Program-made: the position numbers and the translations under genes
Source: Macrostomum hystrix
Taxonomy: Eukaryota; Animalia; Platyhelminthes
Length of the DNA: 64,000 nucleotides
Assembly (NCBI GenBank): GCA_950097015.1
Contig: CATNEN010000039.1
Location: 5,084,001 to 5,148,000 of the forward strand
Direction of reading: 5' to 3'
Notes under the pieces: generated by a model
Database searches by the model: none
Told to the model about the DNA's origin: nothing
The model's input: the letters and a program-made list of their open reading frames with translations, nothing else
Part shown: piece by piece, positions 36,650-49,900 of the stretch
Layout of the letters: each line of letters opens with the position of its first letter
Position numbering within the stretch: the stretch's first letter is position 1

Positions 36650-39600
36650 TTAGCTGGCTAGGATAGTCTTGGCCAGGTCCACGCACAGACTGCAGGACCA
36701 GTTGCCCTCTGGCGGCTCGGTTAGAGGCGGCTTCAAGCAGAACATATGGTAGCCGCGGTCGCAGTCGTCGCAGAACAACATCTGCTCGTCGTCCTCGGAG
36801 GTGCCGCACATCCAGCAGGTCTTGCACTCGATGCACTGCCAGCGATAGCGCGTACTCGCGTTAGCCATGGCCGGCGTGAACTGCAGGCAGGCGTGATGCG
36901 CCGAGCGGCCACAGTCGGCGCAGGTTGCCATAGCAACCGCTGGCGGAGCGTCAGCGGCAGGCTCGGCCTCTTTGCGCACAATGATATGCTCGTTGCCGCC
37001 GCACAGGTCGCACGGCTTGGCGCCGGGCGGAATGTTGACGGCGGCGGTCGGTGGAATCGCCGAAGACGTCGAAGACAGAGAGGCGGCATCGGCGGCGTCG
37101 ATCTGGGGCGGCCCGCCTGAAGTTCCGACGCCGCCGCCGCCGCCGCCGCCGCTGCTACCGCCGGCTCCGACGCCGGTGCCGCTACTGCCGGGACCAGCGC
37201 CGGCGACGGGGCCCGGCGTGGAGGCGGCCGAGGCGGAGGCGGACTCGGCTAGATTTGCTGACGACTGAGTCAGCTGGGCAAGGCGGGGAGGGGGGTAAGT
37301 GGCGGGTTCATTGGTAACGAAATGTACATTTCTATATAGCTCAGTGAGTGTATGTTGTACACTTTTTGGATGTCTGCAATAAACTAAAGTAAAACGATTA
37401 TTATAGAAACTTTTAACAGCAGATTGGTCCCAAACTACTTTCCAAAAATATGCAATTTACTTTCTCAATAATTATAAACTAGCGGTATACGTTTTATGTC
37501 CTGATAAAGAAGAGCGCCAGTACAGGCGGCATAGCTTTGATGTTCTGATTAGGATAGAGCCAGCACAGGCGGCATAGCTTTGATGTTCTGACTAAGAGAG
37601 AGAGAGCCAGTGCAGGCGACATAGCTTTGATGTTCTGATTAGGAGAGAGCCAGTACAGGCGGCATAGCTTTGATGTTCTGATTAGGAGAGAGCCAGTACA
37701 GGCGGCATAGCTTTGATGTTCTGATTAAGAGAGAGCCAGTACAGGCGGCATAGCTTTGATGTTCTGATTAGGAGAGAGAGCAAGCACAGGCGGCATAGCT
37801 TTGATGTTCTGATTAAGAGAGAGAGCAAGCACAGGCGGCATAGCTTTGATGTTCTGATTAAGAGAGAGAGTCAGTGCAGGCGACATAGCTTTGGTGTTCT
37901 GATTGAGAGACAGGTGACAAATCTTAGCTTGCCTGATGAATTATAAGTCGTCAAAAACGATAAGAAAATGTTTTGGTAAATAAATGACGTTTAAAAAGCT
38001 GAACAAAACGACAAAGAAGCTCAAGTCTATAGAAGCGGCAGAGAATTCACTGAATTACTTTCAGACTGACATTAAATTGTGCAAGCACAGCGCAACATTA
38101 GCAACCTGGATCAACGATGCTGTTTTGCTAATAAATATTTATATATCGACCAGGTTATCGGAAAGTTAATAGAAAGGGTTGACTGGCTGAATGGTACCTG
38201 AGCTCGAACTTGCAGCGAGAAGATGTAAACACCTGTGTGAGTGTGGACCTCGTAATATACAATCCAAACCAAGCTATAAGGAGGGCCACAGTGACAGAAA
38301 AGGCAGACAGACAAACGAAAAACTAAAGCCGCTGGTGTCACAGGAACACAGGTAAATACCTGCTGGAAACCAATTAATGTAGATTTGAGACATGTAATTA
38401 TGGACATAAGATAATTATACTAATTATAACTGATTGCACCTGCTCTAATCGGGCCAGACAGCCTGAGCTATTGCGCGGCGCATCTGAAGTCTGCGTACGG
38501 CTATTCAGTCCATGGACTGGGGGGACGCCACACCCACCCTAAATTACCTCAGCTAATGCTGTTACCCATTTAACAGCTGGGTGAACTAAAGCAATGCAGA
38601 GTCAAGTGTCTAGCTAATAGATACGAAGTATTCCAGTGGAGTCGGGAATCGAACCCCCGACCTTTAAGTCGCAAGTCCGAAGCTATAACCACTAGGCTAG
38701 GAGCCCTAAGACAAACCTGAACTAACTTGCTAAAAACATCAGGGAGAAATTGCACCCAAAGACACTCACAAACAGACACAAAGAGAAAGCACAATGAAAC
38801 TATTGGTTTTCAACTTCTATTTCAAACTAAGTAAACTTCTATTTCGCCTGGCGGCTCTCCGGCTGGCGTTAGTAACTTCAATTTCGTCCGCGAGACCGGC
38901 CTGCCCAAGTTAGAGCAAATCAATTTCACAAAAAGTAACTTCTATTTCGTCTTGCATTATTTTAATCCGCCTTCAAACATCAATATAGGCCATGATGGGC
39001 CTGTAATTTCAATATATATTTTGAAATTCTCAGTATTGTCGCTCCGATAAGATTGGAGCTTCAAGAGTGGCTGGATGTGAAAGTGTCGGCGCTATCAAAT
39101 TAGCTGAATTTTTATTGTGATTCTGTGCGATAGGGTCATACAATCACAGCGCCATAAATCTCTTGACACTCGACAGAATTATTATAATTCCGTTGCGGCG
39201 GAGTCGGTGGAGGCGTCGGCGAAGATCAAAGGCAAGGACAAAGTCGGGTACACACGAGCACCCCCCTCCCCGCGGGCGAAATAGAAGTTACTTAGTTTGA
39301 AATAGAATTTGAAAACCAATAAGGATAAGCCCACTATATTTAACAGTTACGGGTGGGACAACTTAATATTGAGATTCTAATTACCTGGCTGGAGACGCCG
39401 ATGGGAGTGACTGAAACGTAGATTATTGTAACACCGTTTAAGATTTATTTAACAGTAGGAAGACCAGCCATGCCACTTTCCCTGCATGGGAAAAGGCCAT
39501 GGCTGGTGTTTTAAATACCTACTGCATATTTCTCGATTGTTCCCCAAACCAAATGACCGATTTTCATAAAAGTCCATCATATGGATCAACATTTTCCGCC

Positions 39601-40227
39601 CTTTACGACCTTTACGATGAACTAACTTTCAAAGCCGTCCAAACATTAGAATCGTTAAGATATTCAGCGATGACTAACAATAATAGCCGACATGATATCT
39701 CGACGATGCTGAACTTTTGTGATTATTTTGTGGAATAATAAGGGAGATGCATATTTGCGATTCCCCGATGTCTTTCTACTGTAAGACAACCCGTCCAAAT
39801 AAGCCAAGAATCTGGATAATTATCGCCAGAACTGCAACTGCAACATGCAAGGGCTGTTTATCAACTCACAGGCAGCTCCGGTTGCAACGATGGCATCGAT
39901 AGCACCGATGAACTGCGCGAAGACGCAGTTTGCCGCTTAGACGAAGACGCTTTAGCGGCGCCTCCGCCGCGACGTCGCCCGCTGCCGGTGCCGGAGGCGC
40001 CAGCGCCGCTGGCGGAGACGGCAGAGGCCGCCACTGCCGCTGCCTTTCGGCCGTAACGTCGCTTGGTAACCGTGCCGGCTCCGCTGGGACCGGCGCTGCC
40101 ACCACCGCCGACTCCGCCACCGCCAGACGAATAGAAATTGTCTTCCCAATCGGAAGCGTCCGAGTTGTCGTCATCGCCCATGCCGCCTCCGCCGCCTGCG
40201 TTAGACGACGACATGAACTGCTGCTGA

Positions 40228-40259
<32 letters not shown>

Positions 40260-41183
40260 CTGATAATGATGCAGGTGATGAAAGTGATGAAAATGATGAT
40301 GCTGCTGCTGCTGCTGCTGCTGTTGCTGAGAATCGTCTAGCACAGCGGGACTGCTGGCCGAGTCGGCCGGATCATACACTCCTAGAGGCAGGCGGGCCAG
40401 CAGAGGATTGCCCGAGTGCTGCTGCAAAGTATTGTTCAATTGGGGATGGGGCCTTTTTGAAAGCGCAAATCTACGCCTGTATTGAACCTCTAGATTGCAA
40501 TTTCTCTACTTCCTTATCTCTACCGTCTCGTTTATCAACTGTCTCACCTCTCTTCTGCCTCACCTCTACCGCCTTATCTGAAACGTCTCGTCACTGAACT
40601 GTTTGATCTTTGCCGTATCTTAGATATCAACAGTCCTGGGTCTCTTGTGTCTCAGCTCTCTACTGTTTCATCGCTCTCGTGTTTTATCTCTCTCCCTGTA
40701 CTATCTATCAGCTGTGTCATATCTTTCGTGTCTCAGCACTTTGCAAATACAATTCTAGATCATGCGCAAACTGCACAAAAGCTTCATTTAATTGTGGCGC
40801 AAACCGCCAGCGAAAGCAGCTGCTGCAGTCCCTTCTAGCCTCACCCGCATCAGCTGTTGCATAGCCGCGGCCGAGTCGGCCGTACTGAGCTCGCCTTCGC
40901 CCAGGCGGCGCCGTTTTTTCAGCCACTTGTGCGCCGGATAGCGGCAGACCAGGTGCGGCTGGTCGGACACCTGGCGCTCCTTGACGCTGCGGTAGAGCCG
41001 GCACGGTTTCTGCGCTACACCGGAGGCCGAGTCAAGGAACGGCAGTTGAGCTCGGCGACTGTGCAGCCGGGTCGAATTGAATTTCGAAGCGCCGGTTATG
41101 AAGCGCTCGTACTCTGGCGTGCCGCGCTCCATGGCGTAGCCGCGCAGGCTGCCGTGGGCGGCTGCTGAGCTGGACAGCATCAT
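36650..41183 (-). CDS. DPF2: d4/DPF (Requiem) family double-PHD-finger protein, BAF complex subunit
   Basis: Exons 41183-40845 (Requiem N-domain [23 protein letters not shown]), ~40487-39870 (polyQ/H, Gly-rich) and 37264-36650 ([61 protein letters not shown]). The symbol denotes the family; orthology among DPF1/2/3 cannot be resolved. Confidence 0.9.
37515..37905. repeat. ~39-bp minisatellite (CCAGTACAGGCGGCATAGCTTTGATGTTCTGATTARGAGAGAG)
   Basis: Tandem array in a DPF intron. Confidence 0.92.
38410..38705 (-). mobile_element. SINE family B copy
   Basis: Matches the 51.7 and 57.8 kb copies; B box GGTTCGATTCCC on the minus strand. Confidence 0.85.
38803..39319. mobile_element. MITE with ~46-bp TIRs, TA flanks
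   Basis: TTGGTTTTCAACTTCTATTTCAAACTAAGTAAACTTCTATTTCGCC ... GGCGAAATAGAAGTTACTTAGTTTGAAATAGAATTTGAAAACCAA, flanked by TA on both sides. Confidence 0.8.
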
Positions 41184-41319
41184 GTACAGTGAGTGCGAAG
41201 ACAAGCTGCAATGAACATCCGGGGGGGGGGGTATTCGATATTAGAAATAGCTACGTTAACAGTCAACAGGCGGTGGTGATAAGATGAGGCAGGGAAGATA
41301 TGCAATTGGGGGAAATAAT

Positions 41320-42722
41320 ACTGGAGAGAGAATGGAAGGGAGTGATGAGACTGGAGAGAGGATGGAAGGGAGTGATGAGACGGGAGAGAGAATGGAAGGG
41401 AGTGATGAGACTGGAGAGAGGATGGAAGGGAGTGATGAGACGGGAGAGAGGATGGAAGGGAGTGATGAGACGGGAGAGAGGATGGAAGGTAGTGATGAGA
41501 CGGGAGAGAGGATGGAAGGGAGTGATGAGACTGGAGAGAGGATGGAAGGGAGTGATGAGACTGGAGAGAGGATGGAAGGGAGTGATGAGACGGGAGAGAG
41601 AATGGAAGGGAGTGATGAGACTGGAGAGAGGATGGAAGGGAGTGATGAGACGGGAGAGAGGATGGAAGGGAGTGATGAGACGGGAGAGAGGATGGAAGGG
41701 AGTGATGAGACGGGAGAGAGGATGGAAGGGAGTGATGAGACTGGAGAGAGGATGGAAGGGAGTGATGAGACTGGAGAGAGGATGGAAGGGAGCGATGAGA
41801 CGGGAGTGAGAATGCAAGGGAGTGATGAGACGGGAGAATGGAAGGTAGTGATGAGACGGGAGAATGGAAGGTAGTGATGAGACGGGAGAATGGAAGGGAG
41901 TGATGAGACGGGAGAGAGAATGGAAGGGAGCGATGAGACGGGAGTGAGAATGCAAGGGAGTGATGAGACGGGAGAATGGAAGGGAGTGATGAGACTTGAG
42001 AGAGGATGGAAGGGAGTGATGAGACTGGAGAGAGGATGGAAGGGAGTGATGAGACGGGAGAGAGAATGGAAGGGAGTGATGAGAAGGGAGCGAGAATGGA
42101 AGGGAGTGATGAGAAGGGAGAGAGAGTGGAAGGGAGTGATGAGACGGGAGCGAGAATGGAAGGGAGTGATGAGACGGAAGAGAGAGTGGAAGGGAGTGAT
42201 TAGACGGGAGCGAGAATGGGAGTGATGAGACGGGAGCGAGAATGGAAGGGAGTGATGAGACGGGAGAGAGGATGGAAGGGAGTGATGAGACGGGAGCGAG
42301 AATGGAAGGGAGTAATGAGACGGGAGAGAGGATGGAAGGGAGTGATGAGACTGGAGAGAGGATGGAAGGGAGTGATGAGACGGGAGAGAGAATGGAAGGG
42401 AGTGATGAGACGGGAGTGAGAATGCAAGGGAGTGATGAGAAGGGAGAGAGAGTGGAAGGGAGTGATGAGACTGGAGAGAGGATGGAAGGGAGTGATGAGA
42501 CTGGAGAGAGAATGCAAGGGAGTGATGAGACGGGAGAGAGAATGGAAGGGAGTGATGAGACGGGAGCGAGAATGGAAGGGAGTGATGAGACGGGAGAGAG
42601 AATGCAAGGGAGTGATTAGACGGGAGCGAGAATGGGAGTGATGAGACGGGAGAGAGAATGCAAGGGAGTGATGAGACGGGAGAGAGAGTGGAAGGGAGTG
42701 ATGAGACGGGAGAGAGAAGGGA
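41320..42722. repeat. 30-bp purine-rich minisatellite (GAGAGRATGGAAGGGAGTGATGAGACKGGA)
   Basis: Tandem array between DIS3L2-like A and DPF. Confidence 0.96.
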
Positions 42723-43964
42723 TAAAATTTTCAACTTACACTATCAGATTCCTAAAATCCAAAATCACAAAAATGCGACAGTTTAGAATTAAATCAAAAC
42801 CAAATGCCACCATCCGAGTGTTTTAATAATAGGAATCTTTTGACAAAATAATTAAATATTTCCCTTCTTACAACTATGAACAACAGAAAGCTTTCCGTAA
42901 AGAATCTCGAAAATACGGACGACTGGGGCAAAAAACGGAATAAAATCAGAAAAAAATAGGTCAAGCAAGTTCTCAATACAGATACTACATTGCAACAATG
43001 CAGTCTAGTATCTGTGATTATCATAAATAAATCAACTTTACCATGCAGCAAAACGTATAACAGAGATAAATTATTTGAGCAACAATAAGCAGCAACAATA
43101 AATTGGTAAACTTCTCACAGAGCTAATGTCTACAGGGACAATGGTTTAGTTCTTATATGAAAGCTAAACACATAATGTAATATTTATTTCACACCGGGCA
43201 AATGCCCTAGTTGGCATATTCAGACCCTTATTTGGGCCGTTGTTATCAAGTGTAGCAGCTGTACTACATTACTTTGCAAATTTAACAGTTTTATTAAAGT
43301 GTCTAAAACAGCATTTTTATTTATCAAAATAATTAGGAAATGTACTTAAAAAACAGCTTACCTACCACACAACTTATGGGATCACATGCTTATATAATGA
43401 CAGCAAAGAAAAATTGGCACACTAGTTACAGCCAATGTGCTCAAAACAGTAACATAAAAATAATATTTTAAGTAGTAGGCACTAAAAAACAATAATAAAC
43501 AATGAAATAGGTCTCAAGCTGTCTTGTTGGCAAGCATTGCAAGAAGCAAAGCTGCCAATGTTAAATTGACTAACGAAATCATTGTCTTTTCCTGGCGGAC
43601 CTTCTTTAGTTCGTTCTAGAAGACTGTACTTGCTTCTTTCGTTAATAAGGGAATGTGAAGTTTCTCACACTGAAACTGAATAAAATAGGCATTAAAAATA
43701 AAACATAAAAACCCGTAAACTACATTACTGACGATGCTTTATCCGACTAGTTTTCTAGGCATTGTATGAGTTGAATGAATTCAAGTAAACCTCATAAGGG
43801 CCGTTTTAACACGAATTTCAAGCATACTTACTAACAGTAGAGAGGTAACCAAATAAACTAGTAACAGAGAAAAGCCTATGAGCGGACTGTTCACAATGCC
43901 ATTATGACATTATACCATAGACTATAGTTAGCTTGCTGCGAGTCACTAGGCTATCGCAATGACG

Positions 43965-46900
43965 TCACTCTCTAGCTTCATTGCCGGAGGCTTCGTTGCA
44001 GAGCTCACAAGCTGGCGGCTTAATTAGCAGCGTCAGCTTAGTCGGGTCGTCTTTATCTAGACAGCTGGACACGATGACATCAATGCCGGACATTGGTGAC
44101 AGGGTCAGCAAGTGACTAGGCGAATTGCAGCCCTTGAAATGCAGAGTCAGCTGGCCGCAGGACTGTCAAATTGTCACACGTGAATTTAATGGGTAAACAG
44201 CGTGAGTAGCTATGAGTAGAATAAACTATATTAGATTCTTCGTCATCTAATTAGATCATTAGACCAATAATATCTGACCTGCACAGCGCCAGACTTAAAC
44301 TCGTGCGAGCGCCGCAGCAAATGAGACTGCTTATCCATGTAGAGCCTGCGCACCAGCCCGCAGTGAGTCAGCAGAATGTCAGCCGCCTTGTCTAACACGC
44401 CGATGACAACGGCGACATCTTCTAATGGACCGTTGGCAACTAGGAAGGCGGCGTAGTACAGATCGATGCTGCGCTCACCGGCCTCTTTGGCGTCCTTCTT
44501 CTTCTTGTTGCACACCTGCGCCTGGCTAGTCAGGCTTTCAACTGTCTCCTGCTGTAGGGTGCGAGGGTTGAGTGGGATCAGGTATGGTGTAGGGGGGATC
44601 AGGTATGGTGTAGGGTGTGGGATCAGGTATGGTGTTGAGTGTGGGATCAGGTATGGTGTTGAGTGTGGGATCAGGTATGGAGTTGGGTGTGGGATCAGGT
44701 ATAGTGTTAGATGTGGGATCAGGTATGGTTTTGGGTGTGGGATCAGGTATGGTGTTAGGTATGGGTCAGGTATGGTGTTAGGTGTGGGATCAGGTATGGT
44801 GTTAGGTATGGGTCAGGTATGGTGTTAGGTGTGGGATCAGGTATGGTGTTAGGTGTGGGATCAGGTATGGTGTTAGGTATGGGTCAGGTATGGTGTTATG
44901 TATGGGTCAGGTATGGTGTTAGGTATGGGTCAGGTATGGTGTTATGTATGGGTCAGGTATGGTGTTATGTATGGGTCAGGTATGGTGTTAGGTATGGGTC
45001 AGGTATGGTGTTATGTATGGGTCAGGTATGGTGTTAGGTGTGGGATCAGGTATGGTGTTAGGTATGGGTCAGGTATGGTGTTAGGTATGGGTCAGGTATG
45101 GTGTTATGTATGGGTCAGGTATGGTGTTAGGTATGGGTCAGGTATGGTGTTAGGTATGGAATCAGGTATGGTGTTAGGTATGGGTCAGGTATGGTGTTAG
45201 GTGTGGGATCAGGTATGGTGTTAGGTGTGGGATCAGGTATGGTGTTAGGTATGGGTCAGGTATGGTGTTATGTATGGGTCAGGTATGGTGTTAGGTGTGG
45301 GATCAGGTATGGCGCATTTTTCTCACCAAATCCGCAACGGACTCGTCCATCTCAACGCCTTCATCGGAGCACAGGGCGGCGCACAGCTGCCTGTGAACAA
45401 TGACATCAGCGTAGCGTCGAATCGGTGAAGTGAAATGAGTGTACAGAGGCACATTCAAAGCATAGTGACGCCACAGATCCGGGTGCTTGGCCGAGCCGAT
45501 GCAGAAGTACTTGGCCAGTTGCATCTGCTTAGCGCACAGACTCAGCAGGCAGAGATGCTGCTCGGGGTCTAGAGCTTTGGAGGCCTGTTATCGGGGAGGG
45601 TACGAATATATATGGTCATATCTATGGTTTAACGACTTCGCTTAATATGATTTAGCTAATTACACCATACGACTCCGAACGTCACTTAGGTCATCATGAA
45701 ACATCACTCAGAATATCACTCAGGTTATTATAGAACATCACTCAGGTGATCATGGGACATCACTCAGGTGATCATGGAACATCACTCAGGTGATGATAAA
45801 GAATCACTCAGAATTCACTCAGGTGATCACAATCCTATCTCCCTCACCTGTCCAAGACTAGCCTGCAGCTGGCCAGACGTGGTGACATCCAACTGGACGC
45901 CCAACGCAGCCGAAGTCTTCTTCAAGGCCTGCAAGGCCCGGTCCGACGGCGGCTGGTGTCGCCGAAGGAATGCCAGGTCCGGTGCGGAGTCGCGCAGTTT
46001 GTGCGCCACGGAACAGTTGGCCAAGAGCATGAGCTCCTCAATCATTCGATTGCTGTCGCGCAGCTCGTAGACTGAGAAGGCAATCGGCGATCGCGCCTCC
46101 TCGGTGCCGGAGCAATCATCGCCCAGGCGAAATGTCAGCCGGGGCTGATCGATGCGCAGGGCGCCGTCTTCGAAGCGACGCCGGCGAAGCATCACGGCCA
46201 GGCGGTGAAGAGACCGGACGCTGTCAGCTACGGACTGCACAGTGTGCGGAGCTTCAACGCGTGCGCCCGCCCGACGCAGGTCCGACATGCAGCTGGCGTC
46301 GGCGACGGCAGAGACTTTGTCAACAATCTGGAGTCAACATTGACCAATCTCGGTTATTTTGACTGCCAATCATCTACCTGCCAATAATCAACACGCCAAT
46401 CATCTACCTGTCAATCATCTAGATCTGTCAATCATCTAGATCTGTCAATCATCTAGATCTGTCAATTATCTGGATCTGTCAATCATCTAGATCTGTCAAT
46501 CATCTAGATCTGTCAATCATCTAGATATGTCAATCATCTAGATATGTCAATCATCTAGCAGTCAATCAATCCACCTTCCAAATACTTCAGCCTCACCTCG
46601 TCGTCGCCGCTGAGATCAGCCGTCGGGTCCTGCATATCGGAATGGCCCTCGATGAAGTGCTGCGCATGCTGATAGCTGAGCTGGCAGCAGGAGCGAATGA
46701 TAGACTTGCCGAACCAGGTTGAGCGCACCTCCCCTGACTCTGAATTAATGCGCCAGACAACACTGAATGCCAATTTGTCTTCGCGGGGATTCAACGAGCA
46801 CAGACTCTCGCATAGGCGCCTAGGCAGCATCGGGTAGGCTCGCTGCACCAGGTAGGTGGTGGTTGCTCGCAGACGGGCAGCGGCGTCGACGCGAGTGTCG

Positions 46901-49900
46901 GGACGTACATAGTGGGACACGTCCGCGATGTGAACACCGACCTGCGGTTTAAAGCAGAATCACAGATATATATGACAGGTATGAAGACAAATGAAAGGTA
47001 TGAGAATGACTGACAGGTATGAGAATGAATGACAGGTATGAGAATGAATTACAGGTATGAAGATGAATGACAGGTATGAAGATAATGACAGGTATGATGA
47101 TAATGACAGGTATGAAGATAATGACAGGTATAATGATAATGACAGGTATGAAGATAATGACAGGTATAAAGATAATGACAGGTATGAAGATAAATGACAG
47201 GTATGAAGATAAATGACAGGTATGAAGATAATGACAGGTATGAAGATAAATGACAGGTATGAAGATAATGACAGGTATGAAGATAAATGACAGGTATGAA
47301 GATGATGACAGGTATGAAGATAATGACAGGTGTGAAGATAATGACAGGTATGAATGACAGGTATGACAGGTATGATGATAAATGACAGGCAAAAAGATAA
47401 ATGACAGGCGCGGAAAAATTAAACTGAAAATCAAAGCTCTCAAGAATACCTCACAGTCGCCAGAGCCGTCCTTTAACTCCCTATAGTGAACAGCGTCGTC
47501 CAAATCTCTGGCAGTTTCCGGGTCCACGGTAAACACGCAGTACAGCGACGGGTCGCGAAAGTCCCGCCGTCTAGCCGCACCGGAACTGTCGCCATCAACG
47601 CCGGCGGTGGCGGCATCAACCTCAGCTAGAACATCGGGTTCGAAGTCTTCAGCGTCGATGCCGTGATGCTCCAGAATGACTTTGGTCTCCAATTCCAAAT
47701 CAATTTTGCCGGCAATGCGATTGCCCAAATGGCGACAGATTCTGGCCTGAGGCATTCGACATTCGGGTCGCCAATCCGCTGCCAATTCGGCTACGAATAG
47801 AGTGCGCTCAAAGTCGCCAGGTCGGTTGGCGAACATTGGTGGCAGATCGGTGCGCGGCACCAGACAGCGCGGCTGGCGCGAGTCGAGCGGAGAGAATAAC
47901 ACCATTGGCTGCGGGGTTTTGGGGGTGGGCGATGAGAATAGCACCATTGGCTGCTTGGGTTTTGGGGTGGGCGATGAGAATAGCACCATTGGCTGCTTGG
48001 GTTTTGGGGTGGGCGAAGAGAATAGCAACATTGGCTGCGAGGGTTTGGGTGGGCGATGAGAATAGCACCATTGGCTGCTTGGGTTTTGGGGTGGGCGATA
48101 AGAATAGCACCATTGGCTGCTTGGGTTTTGGGGTGGGCGAAGAGAATAGCAACATTGGCTGCTGGGTTTTTGGGTGGTTAAAGAGAATAGCACCATTGGC
48201 TGCGTGGTTATAAGGTGGGTGAAGAAAATAGCCCCATTAGCTGCGTGCTTAGGGGGTGGGTGAAGAGAATAGCCCTATTGGCTGTGTGGTTTTGGGGTTG
48301 GTCAAAGTATAGCCCTGTTGCTTGTGGGGCATTCTGGTGCTTAGTGGGAGAGAGAGGTGATTAAGCACCCTTGGCTGCGAGGTTCAAGGATGTCCCACCT
48401 GTCCACCACTGCTGCTGGGCTTCACGAAGCCAACGAACCGTCGGTTGGCCAATTGCCGCACAATGGCCACAACTTGACCAACACGCTGTACCCTGTCCAA
48501 CGGCAGCGGATTGCAGGGATCGGCGTTAGACTTCAACATGTCAGCAATGCCATCCACGTCAACGCCATCACGCTGCTGGCTGCTGATTTTTACGCCGGGA
48601 AACAATTCATGGAATGTGGCCTGGCCAGACGCCAGGACCGACTCGACAGTGGGCGGGACCTGCTGCTGCTTCTTCGATGGCGTTGATTCGCTGTCAAGCA
48701 AACCGCTGGAGACGCCACTAGGATCTAGTCCGACAACGCGCCAATTGGCTACCTAAGTTGACAATGTAGAAACGCACAATTGACATTAGAATTCCTGCTG
48801 CATCCCATTCCCATCAGACTGATCTCAAAATAATCCTCATTAAATTCACTCACAGGTTTAATTCTAACTGCCACCTCGTCGTCATTAAGTGCCCGATTGC
48901 GATCAACCAGGCTGGTAATGAACACATCGGAATCGCCGTTCGGATGGCTGACAAAGGCCTCTTCAAAGTTGCGCTGACTGATTCGCACCTGGCCGATGAT
49001 TAGCTGGCCAGCCGATACTCCGGCTGACACCGCCTGACATTTGCGATTGATTGCGGGCAGTGCTCTTCAAATATTTCCATTGCTTAGTTACTGTCAGTGT
49101 CTGCTAATACCCCAACAACCAGGCCTGTCAGTGGGTGTCTGCTGATGCCCTAACAACCAGGCCTGTCAGTGGGTGTCTGCTGATGCCCTAACAACCAGGC
49201 CGGTCACCTCTTGGTAATCCAGACTGTCTATTCAGTTACAGGATACAGATAAACGAAACCAAACACTAATTCGTCAAGCGCCTCACCTCCGGGGTCAGGT
49301 AGGCCACAAACTGAGGCGCTGCGGCCGAAGCAGAGATGTTGGCAGCGCCGGGAGCTCCGTTGAACTGCTGCCGAGATCCGGCATGACCAGCGCGATGACC
49401 GTATGATGGTCCGTATCCTCCACTCCCAAACTGCTGCTGCAGCTGCCGCTGCTGCTGCTGCTGCAGATGGCCATGCTGACCCCCTCCTCGACGGCCTCCA
49501 CGCTTCCCAACCCCACTGCCAGGATGATGATAATGTTGCTGCTGTTGCTGGCTGTGATGGTGATGACCCGGATGAAAATGCGACTGCTGGTGATGACCAC
49601 CGCTTGCTCGATGATGCTGCTGCTGATGGTGTTGCTGGTAGCCAGAGGCTCCAAGCGGTGTCAGGGGCGGGTAGCCAGCAGCAGTTGCCTGTCCCAGGTG
49701 ATTGCCCATCATCTGCTGCTGATGCGCCGGCGGCGGTTGCTGGGCAACGGACGATGCGACGCCCGACTGCAGCTGAGTCTGGGCGCCCGGCAGCGGCGGT
49801 CCCTGAAGCTGGGCGCCGGCGCCTTCAGGCGGACAGCCCTGACGGAACACCAATGGAACAGCGGCCGCGGACGAAGATGACGTTGACACATTGGAAGCAT

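Noticed and set aside
41256-42734. Repetitive ORFs (MEGSDETGER, SLPSILSPVS)
   Set aside because: 30-bp minisatellite translations.
43560-43830. Possible small spliced ORF between DIS3L2-A and DPF
   Set aside because: Donor- and acceptor-like sites exist, but the products are tiny and unrecognisable.
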